NCBI GenBank assembly: GCA_027451365.1
Contig: DAIDJN010000077.1
Coordinates: 1-28,209 of the forward strand
DNA length: 28,209 nucleotides
DNA from: Phycisphaerales bacterium
GTDB lineage: Bacteria; Planctomycetota; Phycisphaerae; WQYP01
Reading direction: 5' to 3'
A program made the position numbers and the translations under genes. Positions 19,797 to 27,527 of the stretch are shown here, in pieces; the first letter of the stretch is position 1, and each line of letters begins with the position of its first letter. The notes below the pieces were generated by a model. It did not search any database, was not told the DNA's origin, and was given only the letters and a program-made list of their open reading frames with translations.

Positions 19797-20261
19797 GTGG
19801 TTTCAGTGTCTGTAAAAAAAGTTAATCGAGAGCAATCTGAAGGCAGGCGACTGGCGCTTCAGGTTCTTTTTCAGGCGGATGTACAAGGCCCGGAATTTTT
19901 AATTGAACAACTTCCTCGATTCGTCGCCGAACAAACCACCGATACCCTCGTGCGCCAAATTGCAACACGCTATGCTGGCGGTGCGTGGGACTACCGCGAA
20001 ACGGCGGACCGCTGGATCAGCCGCCTGGTGCCGAAGTGGTCGGTTTCACGCATGGCCCCGGTAGACCGCAATGTCATTCGCATGGCACTGTGGGAACTGT
20101 CACATGTGCCGGAAACGCCACCCAAAGTGGTTCTTGATGAAGCCATCAACATCGCCCGCGAATTCTCCACCCAGGATAGCGCCAGTTTTGTAAATGGGGT
20201 ATTGGATGCCGCTTTGAAGGAACATCTTGCGTTAATCGCGCCTGCGGCCGCCAGCGAATAA
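19797..20261 (+). CDS. nusB: Transcription antitermination factor NusB
   Basis: RRLALQVLFQ, WSVSRMAPVDRNVIRMALWEL, VVLDEAINIAREF and FVNGVLD. Classic position after ribH. Confidence 0.95.
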   Translation: MVSVSVKKVNREQSEGRRLALQVLFQADVQGPEFLIEQLPRFVAEQTTDTLVRQIATRYAGGAWDYRETADRWISRLVPKWSVSRMAPVDRNVIRMALWELSHVPETPPKVVLDEAINIAREFSTQDSASFVNGVLDAALKEHLALIAPAAASE

Positions 20262-20390
20262 CCGCCATGAAAAAAATAGGCATGTCGGCCGAATCTGCCG
20301 CGGCATGCCGGGATCCATTTTTACCGGGTAATATTCATCAACCGGGAAACCGGATCACCTTGCATCTGTAAAACAGGAGGCAGTTTCTCG

Positions 20391-22226
20391 ATGACAAAGG
20401 ATTCGTTACCGATGCGCGACCGGAATGCCACAACAGGGCAATCTGGATCAACCACTGAAGGTGTTGGAATTGCTCCATCTCTTGGCCCCGTTCTTTACCG
20501 TGAGGGCATAGGCCCCCATGCGACGCTTCTGGGACCAAGGGTCTACCTTGTCAGTTTGCTGGCGATGCTGCTGGGGGGAATTGGATTCGCGGCCGCTTGG
20601 ACATTAATTAAACTCATTGGGCTGCTTACGAACATCTTCTTTTATGGACGAATCTCCGTTGCCTTCAACAGCCCAACCGATCATTATTTGGGAATCTGGA
20701 TTATCGCCGTACCAGTGGCTGGCGCGTTGATTGTAGGGATCATGGCGCGTTTCGGGTCGCCGGCAATTCGTGGACATGGTATTCCAGAGGCGATGGAATC
20801 CATTCTGCTTAAGGGGAGTTCTATCCCCGCGCGTTTGACCTGGCTTAAACCTCTGTCGGCTGCCATCAGTATTGGTACCGGCGGCCCTTTTGGAGCGGAA
20901 GGTCCGATTATCGCCACTGGCGGCGCTTTTGGTTCATTGCTGGGACAGCTTTTTAGTTCCACCGCCGATGAAAGAAAAGTCCTGCTGGCCGCCGGTGCCG
21001 CGGCGGGTATGTCAGCCACGTTCGGATCCCCGGTAGCCGCGGTCTTACTGGCCGTCGAACTGCTTCTGTTTGAATTTCGCGCCCGATCTATCATACCTGT
21101 CGCCATTGCCAGTTCTGCCGCCGCCGGATTGCGTCTGCTGGTGTTTGGATCGCAACCGGTATTTCCTATGCACGCATTTTCCTCACCCGGACCCTGCGCG
21201 TTGCTGATTTACGCGGCGATTGGAGTCGCCGCGGGAATTCTCGCGGCCGGGGTCAGTCGTGCGGTATATATGGTTGAAGACGGCTTTGAAAAACATTGTC
21301 GGCTGCACTGGATGTGGTGGCCGGCCATTGCTGCCGTTGCCGTCGGCGTCTGCGGATACTTAGATCCGCAGGTGCTTGGCGTAGGGTATAACCACATAGA
21401 TCAGGTTTTGTCGGGAACCATGGCGGTGGGGGGGCTTTTTACGCTGCTGATACTCAAATGGTTAGCTTGGACGGCGTCACTTGGTTCAGGAACATCCGGC
21501 GGAACTTTGGCACCCCTATTTACCATCGGCAGTTCTTGCGGTGCGCTGCTGGGGAGCGCGGCGATGTATCTGTTCCCCCATGCGGGTGTCAATGTGCGCG
21601 TCGCGGCGCTGGTGGGAATGGCCGCTCTGTTCACCGGTGCTTCGCGGGCGATTCTCACTTCAATTGTGTTTGCATTTGAAACCACGCTTCAGCCTCATGG
21701 CCTGCTGCCCCTGCTGACCGGCTGCACCATGGCGTTCATGGTTTCCTGCCTGCTGATGCGGGATACCATCATGACCGAAAAGATCGCCCGCCGAGGGCTC
21801 CGCGTCAGCGGTGAATTTGCGATTGATTTTCTGGACCGGCTGTTTGTCCGCGATGCGGCGAATTTCGATCCGGTTTGTCTGCGAGCGGATAAAACCGTCG
21901 CAGAAATTCATCGCGACATCCTTGACCATCAATCCGCGCCGCGCCATCATGGTTTCCCCGTCATTGACTCGGCGGGAGAACTGATTGGCTTTTTGACCAC
22001 GCGCGAATTGCTGCGACCGGGCCTGTCGGCGGCGATGCGCATTCACGAAGTCATTGATCACCCGGCCGTTACCATTTATCCCGAATGCCCGTTGCGCATG
22101 GCAGACGAATTGATGGCGCGGCATAAAATCGGCCGGCTTGTGGTGGTGGAAAAGAAGCAACCCAAACGGGTTGTCGGTATCATCAGTCGTGCGGATTTGC
22201 TGTCCGCCCACCGCCGCAGCGGGTAA
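20391..22226 (+). CDS. CLC-family chloride channel/transporter with C-terminal CBS pair
   Basis: GHGIPE, GAEGP, AAGAAAGMSATFGSP and GTSGGTLAP, followed by two CBS domains (HGFPVID, IGRLVVV...GIISRADLL). Confidence 0.92.
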   Translation: MTKDSLPMRDRNATTGQSGSTTEGVGIAPSLGPVLYREGIGPHATLLGPRVYLVSLLAMLLGGIGFAAAWTLIKLIGLLTNIFFYGRISVAFNSPTDHYLGIWIIAVPVAGALIVGIMARFGSPAIRGHGIPEAMESILLKGSSIPARLTWLKPLSAAISIGTGGPFGAEGPIIATGGAFGSLLGQLFSSTADERKVLLAAGAAAGMSATFGSPVAAVLLAVELLLFEFRARSIIPVAIASSAAAGLRLLVFGSQPVFPMHAFSSPGPCALLIYAAIGVAAGILAAGVSRAVYMVEDGFEKHCRLHWMWWPAIAAVAVGVCGYLDPQVLGVGYNHIDQVLSGTMAVGGLFTLLILKWLAWTASLGSGTSGGTLAPLFTIGSSCGALLGSAAMYLFPHAGVNVRVAALVGMAALFTGASRAILTSIVFAFETTLQPHGLLPLLTGCTMAFMVSCLLMRDTIMTEKIARRGLRVSGEFAIDFLDRLFVRDAANFDPVCLRADKTVAEIHRDILDHQSAPRHHGFPVIDSAGELIGFLTTRELLRPGLSAAMRIHEVIDHPAVTIYPECPLRMADELMARHKIGRLVVVEKKQPKRVVGIISRADLLSAHRRSG

Positions 22227-22266
22227 AGCCGGCGTAAGGTGTTGAACTTTCCAGGGAATCAGGTGC

Positions 22267-23223
22267 ATGGCGTTTGGATTTTTAGGCAAGGTGATTGGAC
22301 AGGGGCTGGAAAAGCTGCGGACCGGCCTGGACCGCACACGTGAAGCGTTTGTTGGATCGCTTCGCTCCTTACTTCGCGGCCGGACCCTGGACCAGCAACT
22401 GCTGACTGAATTACGCCAGCGGCTTTTATTGGCTGATCTGGGCGTAGCCGCCACCGACAAGATTATGACGGATCTAAACGCCGCCTGGAAAGATGGGCGG
22501 ATTGCCAGTGGTGATGATGTTCTGGAATTTCTAAAGGCTGAAATGAAAGCCTATTGGCCCGTGGAAAGCCGCGAACTTAACTTCGCCGCCGAAGGTCCAA
22601 CCGTGATTCTGGTAACAGGCATAAATGGAGCGGGCAAAACCACCAGCATTGCCAAACTTGGTCAATATTTGAAATCCCGTAATAAAACGGTGATGGTTGC
22701 CGCCTGTGATACCTTCCGCGCTGCCGCCGTGGATCAACTTACCATCTGGGCGGGACGCATTGGTGTGGACATTGTGAAGCATCAGATGGGGTCCGACCCG
22801 GCTGCCGTTGCTTTTGACGCCTGCCACGCGGCCAAAGCCCGCCATATCGACGTATTAATTGTGGACACGGCGGGGCGGCTGCATACCCAAGACAATCTGA
22901 TGCGTGAACTGGAAAAAATTCGCCGCGTGATCGGCAAAAGTATCCCCAATGCCCCCCATGAATCTTTGCTGGTTTTGGATGCCACCATCGGCCAGAATGC
23001 CATTCGGCAGGCGGTTGAATTTAAAAAAGTGGTGGACCTTACCGGCATATTCCTGGCCAAGCTTGATGGCACTGCCAAAGGCGGCATCGTCGTGGCAATC
23101 CGACACCAGTTGGGATTGCCGGTAAAATTCGTCGGCTTGGGCGAACAGCCGGATGATATCGCCGCATTTTCACCTGATGATTTTGTTGAAGCGCTATTCG
23201 CTGAAACGCAGGCGGCCGGCTAA
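22267..23223 (+). CDS. ftsY: Signal recognition particle receptor FtsY
   Basis: GINGAGKTTSIAKL, DTFRAAA, DTAGRLH, DATIGQNA and KLDGTAKGG. Confidence 0.96.
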   Translation: MAFGFLGKVIGQGLEKLRTGLDRTREAFVGSLRSLLRGRTLDQQLLTELRQRLLLADLGVAATDKIMTDLNAAWKDGRIASGDDVLEFLKAEMKAYWPVESRELNFAAEGPTVILVTGINGAGKTTSIAKLGQYLKSRNKTVMVAACDTFRAAAVDQLTIWAGRIGVDIVKHQMGSDPAAVAFDACHAAKARHIDVLIVDTAGRLHTQDNLMRELEKIRRVIGKSIPNAPHESLLVLDATIGQNAIRQAVEFKKVVDLTGIFLAKLDGTAKGGIVVAIRHQLGLPVKFVGLGEQPDDIAAFSPDDFVEALFAETQAAG

Positions 23224-23281
23224 GCCCAATGAGAGCCGCCAAAGGCTGCTGCGGCCGGTCCCGGTCTGGGCGGGGGGTAAC

Positions 23282-23821
23282 TTACATAGGCCGGCGTTCA
23301 ATCGTTTGATCGTAAATCGCCAGCAGTTTTTCCTTGTCGAAAATCATTTCTTCACGGGTCAAGCCGACAATATCATATTCGTAGGTAAGTTCAATGGCGT
23401 CCACCGGACAGGCTTCTTCGCACATGCCGCAGTAGATGCAGCGAAGTTCATCAATGTCGAATTTAATCGGATATTTTTCACGGTCCGGCCAGCTTTGAGG
23501 TGCCGCGTCTCCAACAATATGAATGCAATGTGCCGGACAGGCGGTGGCGCACATATAGCAGGCGACGCACTTCACGCGGCCCTGTTCATCACGATTCAGG
23601 CGGTGCACGCCCCGATAGCGTTGCACGTCCATGCCTCTTTCCAGCACCGGCAGATTTTCGCGACGTTCTTCCGGGTATTGCATGGTGCGAACATGTCCGC
23701 CAACGGACTTGAACAAGTGCGTGATGGTGGTACCAAGGCCCGCAAGAACCGCGGGCAAAAACATGTTTTCGCTGGCGTTAAGCCGCGGCGGTTGCAGTTC
23801 AATTACATCTTCCGGCTTCAT
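23282..23821 (-). CDS. nuoI: NADH-quinone oxidoreductase subunit I (2x[4Fe-4S])
   Basis: TMQYPEE, RYRGVHRL, CVACYMCATACP and FDIDELRCIYCGMCEEACPVDAI. Start moved to ATG 23821. Confidence 0.92.
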   Translation of the reverse strand: MKPEDVIELQPPRLNASENMFLPAVLAGLGTTITHLFKSVGGHVRTMQYPEERRENLPVLERGMDVQRYRGVHRLNRDEQGRVKCVACYMCATACPAHCIHIVGDAAPQSWPDREKYPIKFDIDELRCIYCGMCEEACPVDAIELTYEYDIVGLTREEMIFDKEKLLAIYDQTIERRPM

Positions 23822-24126
23822 GAAAGCCCTTTCATGCACAAAAAGGTCCAACCCTCTATTAAGCCAGAATAATAAGCGCTCCGGGGCGGTAATGCCAGAG
23901 TACAATCAAAAACCGGCCGGAACGGGATACGATTCGCCCTTGATTGAATGGTTCGGCAACCCGCCGATCCAGCCACGGAATTTCACCCGATCGGTTTCCC
24001 GCTTGACCGGTCCGCGCCGACATAATCGGGCAAGGCAATTTGGGGATCGAAACAGTCCGGGTTAGAAACCAAACCCGGATCGCGGTACAATTCCTCCATT
24101 GCCGGTCGGCAAAAGGAAGTTGTGCT

Positions 24127-25485
24127 ATGAAAACGATCTGTCATTTGGCCCTCGGACTATTGGTGCTATGTGCTGTCAGCTTAATCTTCGTTTCGGTTTC
24201 CCGCGGTGGCACGGTCGCGCCGGCTGCGCCGCTGCCGCAGTTGATACAGCAGTTGGCTGATCCATCTTATGCGGTACGATTTCATGCACAGCAAAAACTG
24301 GTGGATGCTGGTGCGCAGGCAGTGCCCGCTCTGAAGGCGGCTTTATTGGCGGCCCAATCGCCAATACTGCGGCGGCGCATCCGACGGGTGATTTTTCAAA
24401 TCGATTACCAGGCCATACGCCGGGGCACGCTTGTTTCGCTTGTGGTGAATCATCAGACTGTGCCTCAGATTATAAAAAGGATTCAGAACGCGGTCGGTCC
24501 GGAATTTCATATCAAGCTTGGTACAACGGTCCCGGCGCTTTCGACCAGGCGGTTCTCATTCGATTTCCGCCACCAGCCGGTGCTGGAGGTGCTGCATGAA
24601 ATAGCGGAAAAAGCCGGACTGCTGATGGCGGATCCGGAACACGTGCCGGGGACTGTCCTTCTTTTTTCTGCATTGCACGACGATGCTCTGCGGGTTAGCC
24701 CGCGGGATCCATTTCAGTGTGATGGAGCTTTTCTAATCAGTGCCCGCACGGCGATCGTGCCCCGCGCGCTCGGTGCCCCGGCCAGCGGCCCGGCGGGGCG
24801 GCATCTGACGGTGTATCTGACCTTGTTGGCGGAACCGGGTGCCCACCTTGCGGGTTTTCCATCGCCCCCGGCGATTACCGCCGCCGTGGATGACCGTGGT
24901 CGAGGGCGCGCCTGGCCGTTCAGCCATCCGTGGCCGAATGCATTTTATTCCACCGCCGACGAATTGTTTGAATTTCAGCGACCGATCCGTCAATGGCCGG
25001 ACCATGCGACGTTATTGCGGGAGGTTCGCGGCGGTATGCCGGTTCGCGTGTATGTCACCGCTGCCGACGTGGTATTTTCAAAGCCGTTTGCGGGTGGCCG
25101 TGCGCTGGTTCGCCACGTCCGGCTTCGGCTTGGCCGAATGTATGCACAAGATAACATGTATTTGGTTCGTTTGCATTATCATGTACCGCGCGATGGTAAC
25201 ACACCGCTTCTTTCCGCTTCGGCGCAGGCTGTTGTCGATTCCTTTAATCCAATGAATTATCCGGTTTTAACCGATGCGGCAGGACGCTCCTTCAAAGCGG
25301 CCGGTTACAAGGGAAAGCTCGGGATGAGAAAGGGTTATTTTCAGTATTTCTACAAGCCGCTCGATTCCAACGGATCAAAAATTGCGGACCGGCCGGTCAG
25401 GATGAAAATGCGGATTTATGAGTCCACCCGCATCATCCGGTTGCCTTTTGTCTTTCGGAATCTGAAACTTCCATCCGGCGGCTAA
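24127..25485 (+). CDS. Secreted hypothetical protein with an N-terminal HEAT-like helical repeat
   Basis: Signal peptide MKTICHLALGLLVLCAVSLIF, HEAT-like LIQQLADPSYAVRFHAQQKLVDAGAQAVPALKAAL, then beta-rich domains. RBS AAAGGA upstream. Confidence 0.65.
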   Translation: MKTICHLALGLLVLCAVSLIFVSVSRGGTVAPAAPLPQLIQQLADPSYAVRFHAQQKLVDAGAQAVPALKAALLAAQSPILRRRIRRVIFQIDYQAIRRGTLVSLVVNHQTVPQIIKRIQNAVGPEFHIKLGTTVPALSTRRFSFDFRHQPVLEVLHEIAEKAGLLMADPEHVPGTVLLFSALHDDALRVSPRDPFQCDGAFLISARTAIVPRALGAPASGPAGRHLTVYLTLLAEPGAHLAGFPSPPAITAAVDDRGRGRAWPFSHPWPNAFYSTADELFEFQRPIRQWPDHATLLREVRGGMPVRVYVTAADVVFSKPFAGGRALVRHVRLRLGRMYAQDNMYLVRLHYHVPRDGNTPLLSASAQAVVDSFNPMNYPVLTDAAGRSFKAAGYKGKLGMRKGYFQYFYKPLDSNGSKIADRPVRMKMRIYESTRIIRLPFVFRNLKLPSGG

Positions 25486-25580
25486 GTTTTCTGATGGGTG
25501 GCAGAGTTTTAACGGCGAGCCTGACTTCGGCGCGGGCCGCACGGAATCAAACATTCCGAAGAGTTTGATTGAATGGCGGC

Positions 25581-26552
25581 TTAACCGCCACCGCCGAAAT
25601 AACCAATCGCGATGCCGGCCAGAAATACCAGCACACCGCCGATAAAAACAGTTCGGAAGGATTGCCAGAGCGGGGTATCCATATATTTAAAGCGAATCCA
25701 GCTGATCGTCATCAGTTCAAGAAACACCACGATAATGGCAACGGTCAGGGCCACGTGGTATTGCGGTATAAGAAAGGGAAGCGTATGCCCCAATCCGCCG
25801 CCTGCGGTCATTAACCCGCAGACGGTTCCGCGGGCCAGCGGATGGCCGCGGCCGGTTAGCGCGCCATCGTCGGACAAAGCTTCGGCAAAACCCATGGAAA
25901 TGCCCGCACCCACGGAAGTGGCAAGGCCCGCCAGAAAAGCCGGCCATGTGCTGTGGCTGTACAGGGCCACGGCGAAGATCGGTGCGAGTGTGGAAACCGA
26001 ACCATCCATAAGACCGGCAAGGCCCGGCTGGACGATTTGCAGCACGAAAAGCCGCCGCCGGGCTTCGTCCTCTTGTTTGCGAACGCCAGGGGTCAAATGT
26101 TCTTCCTGCAGCATGGCGGAGACATCGGAGTGCTTCCGTTCAGCTTCGGCCAGATCGGTCAGCAGCGTGCGGATGGCGGCATTGGAGGTTAGTGCCGCTG
26201 CAGTTTCATAAAAGCGGCTGGTTTCAAGTTCCATTATTTCCGCCTGCTGCCGCATGGCCTTCAATCCCAGTTTCAAAACCAGCCAGGTCGGGCGCCGGTT
26301 GATAAAGCCGCGGACATCTTCCCGCTTAATCATCACTATGTGTTGACCAAAATGCTGCACATAAAGTTCCGTCAGCCGGCGGCGGTGTTCAGATTCCTCT
26401 TTTTGCATTTCCTGGAAGATTTTCTGTGATGCGGGAAAATCTGTCCCCAAAGCCGCCGCAAATTCTGCATAAATTTTGCTGTCTTCTTCTTCCTGTTGTA
26501 TGGCCAACGCCAGAATTTCCCGCTCGGTCAGGTCTTTAAATTTTTTCGCCAT
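25581..26552 (-). CDS. mbfA: Membrane-bound ferritin / iron exporter MbfA (rubrerythrin-like N-domain plus VIT1/CCC1 domain)
   Basis: LALAIQQEEEDSKIY, EESEHRRRL and EAERKH di-iron motifs. QPGLAGLMDGSVSTLAP and GAGISMGFAEALSDDG VIT1/CCC1 motifs. Confidence 0.92.
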   Translation of the reverse strand: MAKKFKDLTEREILALAIQQEEEDSKIYAEFAAALGTDFPASQKIFQEMQKEESEHRRRLTELYVQHFGQHIVMIKREDVRGFINRRPTWLVLKLGLKAMRQQAEIMELETSRFYETAAALTSNAAIRTLLTDLAEAERKHSDVSAMLQEEHLTPGVRKQEDEARRRLFVLQIVQPGLAGLMDGSVSTLAPIFAVALYSHSTWPAFLAGLATSVGAGISMGFAEALSDDGALTGRGHPLARGTVCGLMTAGGGLGHTLPFLIPQYHVALTVAIIVVFLELMTISWIRFKYMDTPLWQSFRTVFIGGVLVFLAGIAIGYFGGGG

Positions 26553-26904
26553 TACAAACTCCGTGGTTCAACAATCAGTGGGTATTATAGATCGGTTTGC
26601 CGGTTTGTATATTGCTGGCTTAATAACCTGCCGAATGAGCCGGTGTTTTTCCAATCAATATTCTGAATTTCCAATGCCCTGGGGACACAATGGAAATCAA
26701 AGAATAAATTCCTATCCGGCTTTGGGCTTATTTCGGCGACCAGGAGCATGGGCCTATGGGGCAGCACAGTTGATCCGTATCTGCCCATCCGACGGGAGTG
26801 AAGGCATGGTTTGGCGGAAAGGGTGGCCATTTTACGTATAATCAACCATCAAATTCGCGGTATCTGGCGGTGTGGGAAAACTTCAGGTAGGATATGTGGC
26901 TCTC

Positions 26905-26979
26905 CGGGGCGTAGCTCAGCTTGGCTAGAGCGCTTGGTTCGGGACCAAGAGGTCGCAGGTTCAAATCCTGTCGCCCCGA
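26905..26979 (+). tRNA. tRNA-Pro (anticodon CGG), CCA not encoded
   Basis: Acceptor stem CGGGGCG/CGCCCCG, D arm GCTC...GAGC, anticodon arm CTTGG-TTCGGGA-CCAAG and T arm GCAGG-TTCAAAT-CCTGT. Confidence 0.96.
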
Positions 26980-27128
26980 TTTTGGCCAAGGGCCAAAATA
27001 GAGCAGGAGTTTTGAGAGAGTAGATAGTAGAGCAAAATTCGGCTGGGACAAAAGCGTGGCTGTCGCCGAGACACAACGCGACTCCTGCGGTCTATTTTCG
27101 ACTTTCTACTTTCAACCGCGGTGAACAG

Positions 27129-27209
27129 ATGGCCTTCGCCTCTGGAAAGCTGAGCCGGGTAACAAGCATTTTTTTGCCAGCCGGCAAAAAAATAGAGCAG
27201 GAGTTTTGA
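27129..27209 (+). other. 26-codon mini-ORF MAFASGKLSRVTSIFLPAGKKIEQEF, a truncated copy of the four-helix-bundle gene start
   Basis: ATGGCCTTCGCCTCTGGAAAGCTG versus gene start ATGGCCTTCGCTTTTGAAAAACTC. Translation is not shown. Confidence 0.4.
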
Positions 27210-27322
27210 GAGAGTAGATAGTAGAGCAAAATTCGGCTGGGACAAAAGCGTGGCTGTCGCCGAGACACAACGCGACTCCTGCGGTCTATTTTCGACTTTC
27301 TACTCTCAACCGCGGTGAACAG

Positions 27323-27403
27323 ATGGCCTTCGCCTCTGAAAGGCTGAGCCGGGTAACCAGCATTTTTTTGCCATCAGGCAAAAAAATAGAGCAGGGGTTT
27401 TGA
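27323..27403 (+). other. 26-codon mini-ORF MAFASERLSRVTSIFLPSGKKIEQGF, second truncated copy of the gene start
   Basis: Exactly 194 bp downstream of the first mini-ORF. Its N-terminus resembles MAFAFEKL of 27528..27890. Confidence 0.4.
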
Positions 27404-27527
27404 GAGAGTAGATAGTAGAGCAAAATTCGGCTGGGAAAAAAGACTTGCTGACGCACACAAAGACAACGCCACCTGCGGTCTATTTTCGACTTTCTACTTT
27501 CAATCCCAGAGCAATTATGGAGCAATA

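Larger units (their letters stand above)
26995..27503 (+). repeat. Tandem array of a 194-bp structured unit (units 26995-27188, 27189-27382, partial 27383-27503)
   Basis: GAGCAGG recurs at 27001, 27195 and 27389. Units 1 and 2 differ at 6 of 194 positions by my count. Unit 3 keeps both arms but has a diverged 35-nt core. Confidence 0.95.

Noticed and set aside
14100..23830. Shared TTTCATGA context at the starts of ccsA, the resB-like gene and nuoI as a respiratory regulon motif
   Set aside because: It includes the ATG itself, and a similar SD plus T-rich spacer precedes rpsD. Best explained as the general translation-initiation context.
148..26211. Long antisense or alternate-frame ORFs (e.g. 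148..870, 3961..4785, 21660..22460, 23153..23872, 25612..26211)
   Set aside because: They are shadows of well-supported genes on the opposite strand, as expected in GC-rich coding DNA.
27060..27067. att-site duplication of the tRNA-Pro 3' end (CTGTCGCC also at 26968-26975)
   Set aside because: Only 8 bp, altered in unit 3, and no integrase is present. Compatible with chance.
27049..27471. Diversity-generating retroelement TR/VR pair next to an Avd-like gene
   Set aside because: Only 8 of the 15 ungapped differences fall at adenines of unit 3, and part of the divergence is better explained by small indels. The repeats are not in a target gene's C-terminus and there is no reverse transcriptase in the window.
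26995..27503. CRISPR array or guide-RNA array
   Set aside because: The period is 194 bp. The variable 35-nt core is identical in units 1 and 2 and still homologous (20/35) in unit 3, so it is not an acquired spacer. No cas genes are present.
26811..27525. ORF-track ORFs over the tRNA and repeat array (26811+, 26842-, 26849-, 26961-, 27286-)
   Set aside because: They overlap a clear tRNA or simply translate the repeats, and they have no protein motifs.
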